Positions 7,195 to 17,348 of a stretch of DNA of 26,699 bases are shown here, in pieces. The translations under genes and the position numbers were made by a program. The DNA is from Candidatus Bipolaricaulia bacterium (GTDB lineage: Bacteria; Bipolaricaulota; Bipolaricaulia; JBHIAT01): contig JBHIAT010000032.1 of the NCBI GenBank assembly GCA_046758705.1, forward strand, positions 1 through 26,699. The letters are read 5' to 3'. The notes below the pieces were generated by a model. That model was not told the origin of the DNA. It saw only the letters and a list, made by a program, of their open reading frames with translations, and made no database searches. Each line of letters opens with the position of its first letter. The stretch's first letter is position 1.

Positions 7195-9099
7195 CTAGCG
7201 AACAGCGACAGCGCCGTTCTGCGCCCAGCCCCACTCCCACGCGTTCCAGAACTGGGTTCGAGCGACCGGCGTAATCTTGCTGAAGTTCACCAAGCCAGTC
7301 TTCTTGGTGACGACTTCGACGCGTTCATAAAGCGGGACCGTCGGCAGCTCGGTGGCGTAGATCTGCTGCAAGATCTTCACGATCTCCGCCCGCTTAGCGG
7401 GGTCGAACTCTCGGAGTGCTTGGGCACGCAGTTGGTCGAAGATCGGGTTGATCCAACCTGAAATGCCCACGCCCGAAAAGCCGTTGAGTGCTAAGGGAGT
7501 GTTCTCAGGTTCTGGGTCAACCGGGGCCTCCAACAGATCATTGGCCCACAGCTCGTTGGACAGGGGGTCCGCCGGGGCCTGACCGATGCCGCCGCCTTCA
7601 GCGTACTCTACGATCCCGCCCCAGGTGCACTCCGACTGGTGGTACAGAAATTCAGAGCTAAACACGACGCTCCCCGGCAGGTTCTGGACCTCCAACGCGA
7701 TGCCCACGTCGGCCAAGAACTCCTGCAGGATCTCTCCGGTGCGCACCCGGAACGACGCGGTGGTACTTACCCACGGCAGCCGAAACTCGACCACTCGTCC
7801 ACCATCGGTGGTGCGCTCGAGGACCCCGTTGTTGTCGGAGTCCGCCCAGCCAAGCTCAGCCAGCAACGCCTGCGCGGCATCGGGGTTGAACGGCCAGGTG
7901 GGCAGTGCCTCGTTGAACCCGACGTCGCCGCGAACGACGAACGAGTTGGAAACAATGGCTCCCGGGAAGACCGTCGATCCCAGATCCTCACGGTCGATTG
8001 CCTGAATGATCGCCTGGCGGGTCCGCGGGTCAGCGAGCTGGAGGTCATCCGCGATCCGACAGTCCACTTGACCAGGGAAGCGCCCATCCAGGCCGTTGTC
8101 GTCCTCGAACAGGTTGAAGTTGAGCTTCTCGATGAAGCCGGAGGGCGCGACCTCGACTTCGGCGCGGTTGCCCAATTGCCTGCGCAGGACCTCCGGTTCC
8201 AGGCCGGCCAAGCCGATGTCGTCAGAGGCGTCGATCTCCCCAGCGATGATGGCCGACAGCAGCGTCGGCTGGTTGACGATGAATCGCACGGTGATCTCCC
8301 GAACGTAGTTCCTGGCAGGGCCCGGCGGAGGCAGGAAGAAGTCAGAGCGGCGGCTCAGGCGGATGAATTGGTTGCGTTGCCACTCCTCGACCTTGAAGGG
8401 TCCGCTCCCGACCACCTTAGAGGGGTCCAGACCTGTGGCAGGATCAGCCCCCAGGAAGTCGCCGAGGGCCTGCTCAGGATTGGTACGAAGCTGACTGATC
8501 ACCTGGTTGACGATCGGCTCCCAGATGTGCTTGGGGGCGATGTCGTAGAAGCGCGTCAAACCGATGGATCCCCCGATGTTCGCGAAGAACAGGTTGGGCT
8601 GCTGGTAGACGATGGTGAAGCTCTTGCTCCTGGAGCCGCCTTTGCAGGTGACGCTGTTGATCAGGTTCGAAAACGCCCGGGTCGTCACCGGAAGGTCAGG
8701 TGTGTTCTGGACCTCGAAGGTAAACTCCGCGTCGGCACAGGTGATGGACCTGCCGTCCGACCAATTCGCGTTGGGCCGCAGCGTCCAATCGACCTCCTGG
8801 CGGACGAAGTTGCCGGCCGCATCTCGGATCACCCGCAGGCGGCCGTTGTCTGCTGAGGGCACTTCAGTGGCCAAGCCAGGTTGCAGGTTTCCATCGGAGT
8901 CAAAGTAGGTCAGCCCGATGAAGAACAAGCTCATCACGTTCTCTTTGGTATCGGCGGCACCCTCCCAGGGGTTCAAGTTGGACGGTTCCTGGGTGGTGCC
9001 GATGACCAGGTTGTTGGTTGTGGGGCCCGCGAAATTAGGAGCAGACCAAGCGGTGATAACTAACCCAACGAAGAGCAACAATGAAAGTGTTTTACGCAT
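7195..9099 (-). CDS. oppA: Family 5 ABC solute-binding protein (OppA/DppA type)
   Basis: Signal peptide, QEPSNLNP, LQPGLA, LRPNANWSDG, GSGPFK, RQAIIQAIDRE and LLAELGWADSDNNGVLE; strong SD AAGGAGG; lies upstream of oppBC. Confidence 0.9.
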   Translation of the reverse strand: MRKTLSLLLFVGLVITAWSAPNFAGPTTNNLVIGTTQEPSNLNPWEGAADTKENVMSLFFIGLTYFDSDGNLQPGLATEVPSADNGRLRVIRDAAGNFVRQEVDWTLRPNANWSDGRSITCADAEFTFEVQNTPDLPVTTRAFSNLINSVTCKGGSRSKSFTIVYQQPNLFFANIGGSIGLTRFYDIAPKHIWEPIVNQVISQLRTNPEQALGDFLGADPATGLDPSKVVGSGPFKVEEWQRNQFIRLSRRSDFFLPPPGPARNYVREITVRFIVNQPTLLSAIIAGEIDASDDIGLAGLEPEVLRRQLGNRAEVEVAPSGFIEKLNFNLFEDDNGLDGRFPGQVDCRIADDLQLADPRTRQAIIQAIDREDLGSTVFPGAIVSNSFVVRGDVGFNEALPTWPFNPDAAQALLAELGWADSDNNGVLERTTDGGRVVEFRLPWVSTTASFRVRTGEILQEFLADVGIALEVQNLPGSVVFSSEFLYHQSECTWGGIVEYAEGGGIGQAPADPLSNELWANDLLEAPVDPEPENTPLALNGFSGVGISGWINPIFDQLRAQALREFDPAKRAEIVKILQQIYATELPTVPLYERVEVVTKKTGLVNFSKITPVARTQFWNAWEWGWAQNGAVAVR

Positions 9100-9202
9100 G
9101 TCTCCCTCCTTATGGTTTTCTCATTGGATCTTTTGCAGTCTGTAAGTCTGTACACCACCCCCCTCTCTCTTTCCCGTGACCGCTGGCTTCAGCGGGGTAA
9201 AT

Positions 9203-9232
9203 ATTATACACTCAGTGATCAGTCGAAGTCAA
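9203..9232 (-). promoter_or_regulatory. Putative sigma70 promoter of the opp cluster
   Basis: Minus strand TTGACT-N18-TATAAT, followed by a small hairpin CCGCTG-N4-CAGCGG (9180-9195). Confidence 0.65.
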
Positions 9233-9257
9233 AATTTCAAAATGACGTGAAATCTAG

Positions 9258-10604
9258 TCAGCGATTGGCCGACTCGCTCAGCGGTTCGATCCTCACTCCA
9301 TCCTGTCCTTCGAATTGGCGCAATCGGCTCTTCTCCATCGTGGCCTCCACGACGATCGCCTCGGCCTCGTAGCGCTGCTTGGACACCTCCCCGACTCGGT
9401 GGATCGTTCCAATGAGCCGGCTCTGAGCATAGGGAATCGTAAACCTGGCGTGGCACACCTGATCACCGAGCAACTCGGCGATCTTGACCAACAACCGGTC
9501 GAGGTGGGTTCCATTGCGGGCGGAGATGGCGACGGGATCTTCGATCTCAGCCTGGGCTCGGGCCAGCCTGGCCGGCAACGCCTCGGCGCTGAGCCGATCG
9601 ATCTTGTTGAGGGCGACGAGGGTCGGGGGGTTCTTATCTGTAAAGATCTCCTGGTTGAGCGTCCGGTTGACCGTCCGCCAGTGATCGGACCATTCGGGGT
9701 GCGAGACGTCGACGACATGGATCACCAGATCGGCGTCCTGGATCGACTCGAGCGTCGCACTGAACGCAGGGATCAACTGATGGGGCAGCCGTCGGATAAA
9801 GCCGACCGTATCGATCAACACGATCCGGCGGCCGTCGGGGAGCGAGACCTGTCGGGTGAGCGTATCGAGGGTGGCGAACAGTTTATCCTCGACGAACGCA
9901 TCGGCACCGCTCAATCGATTCAACAGGGTCGACTTGCCGGAGTTCGTGTAACCGACGAGCGCGACGACGGGAATGCGATTCTTGATCCGCCGCTTCCGTT
10001 GGATCTGCCGTTCGATCCGCGCCTTGTTGAGCCGTTTCTTGATGCGGTGGATGTTCCGGACGACCTTGCGTCGGTCGGTCTCCAGGCGAGTCTCGCCGGG
10101 ACCTCTCATTCCGATGCCGCCGCCAAACTGCTCCAGTGCTGCCCCCCAGCCGCGAAGTCGGGGGAGCAGATACTCGAGCTGGGCGAGCTGCACCTGGAGC
10201 TGAGCCTCCTTGCTCTTCGCCCGCTGGGCGAAGATATCCATGATCAGCTGGGAGCGATCGATGATCTTGCACCCGATGCGCTCCTCCAGGTTTCTGGCCT
10301 GAGCCGGGGTGAGTTCGTCGTTGAAGATGACCACATCGGTCTCGAGGGTGTGGACGAACTTCCCGATCTCTTCGGCCTTCCCCGCGCCGATGAAGTGGGC
10401 GGGATCCGGTCTGTCCCGCTTCTGGACGACCCAACGAAGCACCTGGAGGCCGGCCGTCTCCGAGAGCGAAACCAACTCATCCCGTTCATCGCGCGCTGTC
10501 AGGTCGCTCCGATCTCGTGGCAGCTGGAGCTCGACGAGGACGGCTCGTTCCTCCCCATAGACCCGGGCGCGTCGGCCGACTCGATCCTCGATCAACCGGC
10601 TCAT
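9258..10604 (-). CDS. hflX: Ribosome-splitting GTPase HflX
   Basis: IFAQRA, GPGETRLETDRR, G1 GYTNSGKST, LFATLD, DTVGF, NKID and SAR. Confidence 0.97.
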   Translation of the reverse strand: MSRLIEDRVGRRARVYGEERAVLVELQLPRDRSDLTARDERDELVSLSETAGLQVLRWVVQKRDRPDPAHFIGAGKAEEIGKFVHTLETDVVIFNDELTPAQARNLEERIGCKIIDRSQLIMDIFAQRAKSKEAQLQVQLAQLEYLLPRLRGWGAALEQFGGGIGMRGPGETRLETDRRKVVRNIHRIKKRLNKARIERQIQRKRRIKNRIPVVALVGYTNSGKSTLLNRLSGADAFVEDKLFATLDTLTRQVSLPDGRRIVLIDTVGFIRRLPHQLIPAFSATLESIQDADLVIHVVDVSHPEWSDHWRTVNRTLNQEIFTDKNPPTLVALNKIDRLSAEALPARLARAQAEIEDPVAISARNGTHLDRLLVKIAELLGDQVCHARFTIPYAQSRLIGTIHRVGEVSKQRYEAEAIVVEATMEKSRLRQFEGQDGVRIEPLSESANR

Positions 10605-11894
10605 CTACAACTCCTGCTCCTGTTCCTGTTTCTCTTCGATATCGGCTCCCAGGTGCCGAAGGTTATCGATGAACGCATGATAGCCCCGGTCGATATGGCC
10701 GTTGTCCTTGACGCGCGTCGTTCCGGAAGCGGCCAGACCGGCGAGAGCCAAAGCCGCGCCCGCGCGGATGTCGGGCGCCTCCACGATTGCCCCCTGGAGT
10801 TTTTCCACGCCGTTGATGATCGCCGTCGATCCGAAGACCTGGATGTTGGCCCCCATCCGGTTCAGCTCATCGGCATGGGAGAACCTGCGGTCGAAGACCG
10901 TCTCCTTCACCACGCTCTTCCCGTCGCAGACGGACAGCAATGTGACCATCGGCGCTTGAAGATCTGTGGGAAAACCGGGATAAGAGAGGGTCGCGATATC
11001 GGTGGCCTGCAGTCGCTGACGGCTCGTCTGTCTCACCCAAATCCCTCCTGCTTCATCGATGATCTCGACCCCCACCTCGCGAAGCTTCGACAGGACCGAG
11101 CTGAGGTGATTGGGACGGCAGCCGCTCACGTAGACCTCCCCGCCGGCGATCGCGGTGGCAATCATATAGGTGCCGGCCTCGATACGATCGGGGATAATGG
11201 TATGCTCGGCTCCGTGCAACCGTTCCACCCCCTCGATCCCGATCTGCGACGGTCGGATCTGGATCCGGGCGCCCATGGCGTTGAGAAACCGAGCCAGATC
11301 TGAGATCTCAGGCTCCGAGGCCGGGTTGCTGATCACCGTCCATCCCGGGGTGATCACGGCGGTCATGATGATATTCTCGGTAGCTCCCACCGACGGTTTG
11401 TCGAGATAGATCTCTGCGCCGCTCAGCTCGGGTGCAACCGCATGAACAAACCCCTCTGAGAGCTCCACCGTCGCCCCCAGGTTGCGCAGCCCCTTCAGAT
11501 GGAGATCGACCGGACGGGAGCCGATGTTGCACCCCCCGGGCAGGGCGACCCTGGCCTGCCCCAGTCGGGCGAGCAGCGGTCCCAAAACGAAGAATGACGC
11601 GCGCATGCGCTTGACCAACTGCGGAGGGACCTCTGGGTTGAGCGGTCCCCGGGATCGAATCACATACCGACCGCTTCCCCCCGCCCCGTCGTCGATCCGC
11701 TCAATCTCTTTCCCCAATTTCTGGAGCATCTCGACGATGGTGCGGACATCCCCAATATCCGGGATGTTGTTGAGAATCACCGGTTCATCGGTCAACAGGG
11801 AAGCGGTGATGATCGGTAACGCGGCGTTCTTGGCTCCGTTGACCATCACCGTCCCGTCTAGCTCCCCTGGGGCGTGGATGATAATGTTCTTCAT
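10605..11894 (-). CDS. murA: UDP-N-acetylglucosamine 1-carboxyvinyltransferase
   Basis: GAKNAALP, MRAS, LPGGCNIGSRPVDLH (catalytic Cys retained), SVGATEN, PDRIEAGT, YPGFPTDLQ and DIRAGA. ATG 11894 has SD GGGAGAG; alternative start at 11909. Confidence 0.97.
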   Translation of the reverse strand: MKNIIIHAPGELDGTVMVNGAKNAALPIITASLLTDEPVILNNIPDIGDVRTIVEMLQKLGKEIERIDDGAGGSGRYVIRSRGPLNPEVPPQLVKRMRASFFVLGPLLARLGQARVALPGGCNIGSRPVDLHLKGLRNLGATVELSEGFVHAVAPELSGAEIYLDKPSVGATENIIMTAVITPGWTVISNPASEPEISDLARFLNAMGARIQIRPSQIGIEGVERLHGAEHTIIPDRIEAGTYMIATAIAGGEVYVSGCRPNHLSSVLSKLREVGVEIIDEAGGIWVRQTSRQRLQATDIATLSYPGFPTDLQAPMVTLLSVCDGKSVVKETVFDRRFSHADELNRMGANIQVFGSTAIINGVEKLQGAIVEAPDIRAGAALALAGLAASGTTRVKDNGHIDRGYHAFIDNLRHLGADIEEKQEQEQEL

Positions 11895-11930
11895 CCCAAA
11901 CTCTCCCATGCGGGGCAGGAAACCGGAGCG

Positions 11931-13154
11931 TCAGGGTAGATACCGCCGCGGATCGACCGAGTTACCACGCCTGCGGATCTCGAAGTGGAGATGGTTACCG
12001 GTCGAGAATCCTGTGCTGCCCATCAGGCCGATCAGCTGCCCCTGCTCTATGAACTGGCCCGGATAGACGAGGATCGAGGAGAGATGGGCGTAGCGGCTCA
12101 CGAGTCTATCGCGGTGATCGATGGTCACCAGTTTTCCGTATCCACCCTTGAAGTCAGCATAGACCACCCGTCCCGCTCGTGCGGCATAGATCCTGTCTCC
12201 CTTATCCCCAGCGATATCGATCCCTTCGTGAAACTGCCGTTGTTCGGTGACTGGATTAGGACGCCAACCGTAGGGTGAGTTGATCAAGCCGAGGACAGGC
12301 CAGACGAACGTGGTGAGCTTCCCCTTGGAGAGCCGCAGGGCGTTCACCCGTGGGGAGAGGTCAGCATCAGGGATGAACAGTTCCTGGTTAGGATAGATCA
12401 GATCCTGATCCTTGATGTCGTTGGCCTTGATGATCTTGCCGATCGGGACGCTGTAGGTGTAGGAGATATCACTTAGCGTCTGGTCCCGTTTGACCTGATG
12501 TAGGACACCCCGTTGATTGGGGATCACCAGGATCTGGCCGGGGTAGAGGAGACTGACATTCGCGATCTCGTTGTTGCCCACGATGGTGTTGTAATCGACA
12601 CCGAGTCCATAAGCGATGCCCAGCAGCGTGTCCCCTTCCCGCACCCGGTAGCGGATGATCCGAACCTCACCCGGCCCCTGCTTATCTGATACACTTGGCC
12701 GTTCGACTGACCGTTCGGCCACAAACTCCGGTTCCAGGGCCTGTGTTCGTTCGATCTCGATCTTGATGGGGCCCCCCAACCCTGCCTCTGCCTCCACCTC
12801 CACCTCCGCTTCCGCCACCGTCTCCTGCTGTACGGCCGCTGCATCACCGTCGGCTTCAGACCCGGTCTCGACCTCCACGTTCACCGGTGGGAAGGGCAAG
12901 AGAGCGTCTTGAGGCTCGGGATCCGGTCCTTCCTGTTCCTGAGTCGGGGCGGGCACGGACGCCGTGCGCTCCTGCTCCTCTATCCCTCCCATCACTTTGA
13001 AGGAGATATGATACGGGGCGCGCATCGGCTTGACCAGCACCTGGGCCGGTTGGTCGACAGACCGGTTGAATCCGGCACCGAACCAATATCCCAGAATAGC
13101 TGCTGCCAGTATGAGGGCAAAGGTAACGAACATCTTCCCCTTCAAAATTGCCAA
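11931..13154 (-). CDS. LysM-repeat M23 family peptidoglycan DD-endopeptidase
   Basis: N-terminal TM, acidic/Pro linker, two LysM repeats (YRVREGDTL.., HQVKRDQTL..), intact M23 motifs HEGID, YAHL and HLHFE. The start may be ATG 13133. Confidence 0.9.
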   Translation of the reverse strand: MAILKGKMFVTFALILAAAILGYWFGAGFNRSVDQPAQVLVKPMRAPYHISFKVMGGIEEQERTASVPAPTQEQEGPDPEPQDALLPFPPVNVEVETGSEADGDAAAVQQETVAEAEVEVEAEAGLGGPIKIEIERTQALEPEFVAERSVERPSVSDKQGPGEVRIIRYRVREGDTLLGIAYGLGVDYNTIVGNNEIANVSLLYPGQILVIPNQRGVLHQVKRDQTLSDISYTYSVPIGKIIKANDIKDQDLIYPNQELFIPDADLSPRVNALRLSKGKLTTFVWPVLGLINSPYGWRPNPVTEQRQFHEGIDIAGDKGDRIYAARAGRVVYADFKGGYGKLVTIDHRDRLVSRYAHLSSILVYPGQFIEQGQLIGLMGSTGFSTGNHLHFEIRRRGNSVDPRRYLP

Positions 13155-13174
13155 CCCCTTGACCGTATCTATAT

Positions 13175-13203
13175 TTTATACCATATTATTCGTTGCGCAT
13201 CAA
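13175..13203 (-). promoter_or_regulatory. Putative internal promoter for M23-murA-hflX, overlapping the rho stop codon
   Basis: Minus strand TTGATG-N17-TATAAA with a TG extended -10. Confidence 0.4.
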
Positions 13204-14436
13204 CTCTAAGAACTGTTCGTTGTCCTTGGTCGCCTCCATCCTCTTTTTAATGAACTCCACGGCTGCCTGCTTGTCTCCCATCTCAACGATCATTTTTCTC
13301 AATATCCAGACCTTTTTCAACACCGACTCGTCGAGCAGCAGCTCCTCCTTGCGGGTCCCGGTGAGCTCCAGGTCGATCGCCGGGAATATCCGCTTGTTGG
13401 CGAGTGATCGATCGAGGGCGATCTCCATGTTTCCGGTCCCTTTGAACTCCTCGAAGACGACCGAATCGAGTTTGCTCCCTGTGTCGACCAGCGCGGTGGC
13501 AATGATCGTCAAGCTGCCCCAGTTCTCGATATTTCGCGCGGCACCGAAGAACTCCTTAGGTTTGTAGAGGGCCGTTGGATCGATCCCCCCGGAGAGCAGC
13601 TTGCCGCTGGACTGCACCGTCAGATTGTAGGCGCGGGCGAGACGGGTGATGCTGTCCATGAGGATCACCACGTCCATCTTCGCCTCCACCAGCCGCTTCG
13701 CTTTGACGGTCACCAGCTCGGCAACCCGGGTGTGCTTATCCGGTTCCTGATCGAAGGTGGCGGCAACCACTTCCCCCATGCGGATCGATCGTTTGACGTC
13801 GGTCACCTCCTCGGGCCGTTCGTCGATGAGCAGAATGATCAGATAGACCTCCGGATGGTTGGCCGCCAGGCCGTTAGCGATTTGTTTGATCAGGGTCGTC
13901 TTGCCCGCCTTGGGCGGGGAGACGATCAGCCCACGCTGACCCTTTCCGATCGGGGCGAACATATCGATCATACGGGTGGCGACGTCATCAGGGTCATGCT
14001 CGAGCTCCAGATGCTCGGTGGGATGGTAGGGGATCAGATCGGCGAAGTCCACCCGGTCCCTGGCATCCTCAGGATCCTGGAAGTTGATCGCCTCGACCTT
14101 GAGCAAGGCGAAGTACTTCTCTCCCTCCTTCGGCGGACGGACGCGTCCGCTTACCGTGTCACCGTTCCTCAAGCCGAAGCGTTTGATCTGGGACGGAGAG
14201 ATGTAGATGTCGTTTTTGCCCGGCAGGCAGGTCTTATCCCGCAAGAAGCCGTATCCATCCGGCAGGATCTCTAGAACGCCGTCGGAAAAATGGAGTCCCT
14301 CCTCCTCCGCCTGTGCCTTGAGGATGGCGAAGACAAGCTTATTCTTCACCATGCCGCCGCCGCCGTCAACACCGTATTGGCCGGCGATCTTGCGGAGCTC
14401 CTTGACGTTTTTGGCTTTTAACTCGGCTATCTCCAT
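13186..14436 (-). CDS. rho: Transcription termination factor Rho
   Basis: [64 protein letters not shown] and EFKGTGN; SD GAGGTGA. Confidence 0.98.
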   Translation of the reverse strand: MEIAELKAKNVKELRKIAGQYGVDGGGGMVKNKLVFAILKAQAEEEGLHFSDGVLEILPDGYGFLRDKTCLPGKNDIYISPSQIKRFGLRNGDTVSGRVRPPKEGEKYFALLKVEAINFQDPEDARDRVDFADLIPYHPTEHLELEHDPDDVATRMIDMFAPIGKGQRGLIVSPPKAGKTTLIKQIANGLAANHPEVYLIILLIDERPEEVTDVKRSIRMGEVVAATFDQEPDKHTRVAELVTVKAKRLVEAKMDVVILMDSITRLARAYNLTVQSSGKLLSGGIDPTALYKPKEFFGAARNIENWGSLTIIATALVDTGSKLDSVVFEEFKGTGNMEIALDRSLANKRIFPAIDLELTGTRKEELLLDESVLKKVWILRKMIVEMGDKQAAVEFIKKRMEATKDNEQFLELMRNE

Positions 14437-14734
14437 GATATCTCACCTCATAAGGGTTTAAAGATACGGGTGCACGGTACAAAACCCGCCGTTCTTTGTT
14501 CTGCTCAGGTTGCTAGTTTGGTTATGGCTTAAAATGACCGTTTCCAGTTACAACAAACAATTAACGTTACTGTTATTCCCCTACGATCAGCTTTGAGAGC
14601 TGTCTGCGTCTCCATGACGTTCATACAGGTGGGTTCTAAGGTTAGAACTGCAATTGGAACACTCATAAGAGTAAGAGTAAAGAATTTGGGATAAATCAAA
14701 AAGCAAATTTAGTAAGGCCAGGTATTCAAAGGTT

Positions 14735-14763
14735 ATTATAGCATAGGACTGAGGCCAGGTCAA
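14735..14763 (-). promoter_or_regulatory. Near-consensus sigma70 promoter of rho, implying a ~290-nt 5' leader
   Basis: Minus strand TTGACC-N17-TATAAT with a TG extended -10. Confidence 0.75.
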
Positions 14764-14779
14764 GCTACCTCCGCCCCCC

Positions 14780-14980
14780 CTATCCGTGTAGATATCTCTC
14801 CATGCCGAACGGGAGGTAGGCTCTGGGCGGGCCCAGCACCGTCGCTCGAACGATCCCGTCCGCTGCCCAGCGCAACGTCATCCTGTGGACATGCCGCCCC
14901 GTTCCCGGGCGAACGGGCTGCGATTCCGGTTCCGGTTCCGGCTCTGGCTCTCGCTTCGGTTCCGGTCCGTTATTCACCAC
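14780..14980 (-). CDS. Small protein downstream of floA (YqfB-like position), PE-repeat N-terminus
   Basis: Overlaps the floA end by 11 nt with SD GGAGGTG; C-terminal [13 protein letters not shown] resembles the motif I recall from proteins encoded after floA. Confidence 0.6.
   Translation of the reverse strand: MVNNGPEPKREPEPEPEPESQPVRPGTGRHVHRMTLRWAADGIVRATVLGPPRAYLPFGMERYLHG
14924..14941. repeat. Hexamer tandem repeat (TTCCGG)x3 encoding PEPEPE
   Basis: ttccgg ttccgg ttccgg, followed by degenerate copies up to about 14965. Confidence 0.75.
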
Positions 14981-15962
14981 CGTCCACCTCCGTCTCCGGT
15001 TCTTCCAGCTTGGAGATCGACTCCCGCATCTGAGTATCGGCGATCAGATTCCTCATCTGGAAGTAATCGAGGCCACCGATATGGCCGCTTCTGAGTGCTT
15101 CCGCCACCGCCTTGGGGACTTCAGCCTCGGCTTGGACAACCTGAGCTCGCATCTCGGCGACCCGGGCCTGCATCTCCTGCTCCTGGGCGACGGCCATCGC
15201 CCGGCGCTCCTCCGCCTTCGCCTGAGCGATCCGCTTGTCGGCCTCGGCTTGATCGGTTTGGAGCTCGGCCCCGATGTTCTTGCCGACGTCGACATCGGCG
15301 ATGTCGATCGACAGGATCTCGAACGCCGTCCCGGCATCGAGCCCCTTCTCCAGAACGACTTTGGAGATCGAATCTGGATTCTCGAGCACCTGGGCATGGC
15401 TTTCGGCTGAGCCGATGGTGGTGACGATCCCCTCGCCGACCCGGGCGATGATCGTCTCCTCGCCGGCGCCGCCGATGAGGCGCTCGATGTTGGCCCGCAC
15501 CGTGACCCGAGCCTTGGCCTTCACCTCGATGCCGTTCTTGGCCACGGCCGCGATGGTCGGTGTCTCGATGACCTTAGGATTGACGCTCACTTGGACGGCC
15601 TCAAGGACATCGCGACCGGCGAGGTCGATGGCGGCGGCTCGCTCGAAGGAGAGTGGGATTTGGGCACGCTCCGCCGCAATCAGGCCGTTGATCACCCGGT
15701 CGACGTTGCCTCCGGCGAGATAGTGGGCCTCGAGCCGATCGACCTGAATATCCAGGCCGGCCTTGACCGCCTTGATCAACGGCTGCACCACCGCCGCCGG
15801 GACCACCCGCCGCAGTCGCATCCCGATCAGCGTCCCCAGTCCCACCCGCACCCCGGCGGCCAGGGCCGAGATCCACAGGCCGAGGGGGATGAATCGGAAC
15901 AGCAAGATAGCCAGGATCACCACGATACCGATCAGCACCCACAACAAGATCAGCGATTGCAT
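14970..15962 (-). CDS. floA: Flotillin-like protein FloA (YqfA)
   Basis: [39 protein letters not shown] and [24 protein letters not shown] before ATG 15962. Confidence 0.96.
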   Translation of the reverse strand: MQSLILLWVLIGIVVILAILLFRFIPLGLWISALAAGVRVGLGTLIGMRLRRVVPAAVVQPLIKAVKAGLDIQVDRLEAHYLAGGNVDRVINGLIAAERAQIPLSFERAAAIDLAGRDVLEAVQVSVNPKVIETPTIAAVAKNGIEVKAKARVTVRANIERLIGGAGEETIIARVGEGIVTTIGSAESHAQVLENPDSISKVVLEKGLDAGTAFEILSIDIADVDVGKNIGAELQTDQAEADKRIAQAKAEERRAMAVAQEQEMQARVAEMRAQVVQAEAEVPKAVAEALRSGHIGGLDYFQMRNLIADTQMRESISKLEEPETEVDGGE

Positions 15963-15986
15963 ATCACCCTCCTTCACTCCAACGTT

Positions 15987-17348
15987 TTAACTGCCCTGAT
16001 CCGAATCCGGTTTTTGCGCACTCGTCCCCGCTTCGCGCTCGATCTCTCGGGCGATGATCCGGCGCCCCTCCACCCGGACGATCCGGATCGGAGCGGCGGC
16101 GGGGATGAACTCCCCTTCGGCCACCACATCGTAGCGCTCGCCGTCGACCTCCGCCGTCCCCGCCGGACGCAGCGGGGTGACCGACCAACCTTCCTTGTCC
16201 TGAAGCATCTGGTAATCGGGCACTCCGACGTAGCCGATCTCCCGACGCTGTGCTGTGCTGAGCACCAGCCGTCGCCACAGCCGGGATCGGGGCAGGTAGC
16301 GCAACAGGATCAGGGAAACGACGGCAGTGACTCCGAGTGCGATCCCCAGCGACTGCAGACCCTCCTGCCAGCCGGGGAACGCGAGCACAATCCCCGCCAA
16401 AAGAGCGGCGAACCCGGTCAGGCCGGCGATCCCGAAGCCGGGGATCACGAAAATCTCAACGGCCAGCAGGACCAACCCGACGACAAACAGCAGGATCGAC
16501 TCCAGCCCAGCGACCTGGGCCACCAGGTGTCCTCCGAAGAACAGCCCCAGGCTGAGCAATCCCAGGCTTCCCGGCACGCCCCAGCCGGCGGTGGTCACCT
16601 CAACCAATAGCCCCAGGAACCCGAGGGTCAGCAACAGAGAACTGATGGTGGGATCGGTCAGGAATCCGGCAGCCCGCTCCGCCCAGTTCCTCGGCACGCG
16701 GATGATCGAACCTCCCTCGATCCCTTCCTGAGCCAGCGCCTCCTGCAAAGATTCCGCCACGCCGTCGATGAAGTCGAGCTCGGCGGCCTCGATCGCGGTC
16801 AACGTCAACAATTTTCCTGTCTCAACGACGCCTTCGATCTCGACGTCGGGATCGACCATCGCCCGGGCGATGTTTGGGTCGCGGCCCTTCGCCTCGGCGG
16901 TCGCGGCCATCTCGGCGCGAAAGAAAGACTGGGCTTTTTCGCTCGCCGGTTGCCCCTCGCCGGTGACCACCTGGGCGGCGCCGATGCTGGCCGTGGCAGA
17001 CATATAGATCGAATCGGCAGCGATGGCGATGAACGCACCGGCCGAGATCGCCCGACCGGTCACCAGTGCGATCGTTGGCGTCTCCGAGTGGATGAACGCA
17101 TCCTTGATACGAAGCGCCGAATCGACCCGGCCGCCGAGCGTGTTGATCTCAAGCACGATCGCCCGTGCCCCGGCCTGCTCCGCCTCTCCCACCGCCCGCT
17201 CGATGTAGGTTGCCAGGCCATGCTCGACCGTGCCGGTCACCGAGATGACGTGAACGGCACCTTGATCATCGCTCGCCCATACGGTCGTTATGATGAAGGA
17301 GAAAAAGCAGAAGAGTGATACGAGGATTACAGAGCTGAAGATCTTCAC
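15987..17348 (-). CDS. nfeD: Long-form NfeD (YqeZ-like) membrane serine protease
   Basis: Signal peptide, ClpP-like domain (INTLGG, AISAGA Ser, SEK Lys, KLLTLT), TM domain (EIFVIPGFG) and C-terminal OB fold (TPLRPAG). GTG 17348 overlaps the upstream stop; alternative TTG at 17369. Confidence 0.93.
   Translation of the reverse strand: MKIFSSVILVSLFCFFSFIITTVWASDDQGAVHVISVTGTVEHGLATYIERAVGEAEQAGARAIVLEINTLGGRVDSALRIKDAFIHSETPTIALVTGRAISAGAFIAIAADSIYMSATASIGAAQVVTGEGQPASEKAQSFFRAEMAATAEAKGRDPNIARAMVDPDVEIEGVVETGKLLTLTAIEAAELDFIDGVAESLQEALAQEGIEGGSIIRVPRNWAERAAGFLTDPTISSLLLTLGFLGLLVEVTTAGWGVPGSLGLLSLGLFFGGHLVAQVAGLESILLFVVGLVLLAVEIFVIPGFGIAGLTGFAALLAGIVLAFPGWQEGLQSLGIALGVTAVVSLILLRYLPRSRLWRRLVLSTAQRREIGYVGVPDYQMLQDKEGWSVTPLRPAGTAEVDGERYDVVAEGEFIPAAAPIRIVRVEGRRIIAREIEREAGTSAQKPDSDQGS

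Noticed and set aside
7639-8856. 405-aa plus-strand ORF, and similar long antisense ORFs at 3445-4278, 15591-16610 and 24941-25723
   Set aside because: They lie opposite well-supported genes; typical codon-bias shadows.
9315-11303. 662-aa plus-strand ORF
   Set aside because: Antisense shadow of hflX and murA in a GC-rich genome; no recognisable motifs.
14529-14666. 45-codon minus-strand uORF in the rho leader
   Set aside because: No SD, atypical AT-rich codons and no informative composition; probably chance.
14735-14763. Resemblance of the rho promoter spacer (CTCAGTCCTA) to synthetic Anderson-type promoters
   Set aside because: Short match in a shifted register, native context and no vector sequence; coincidence.
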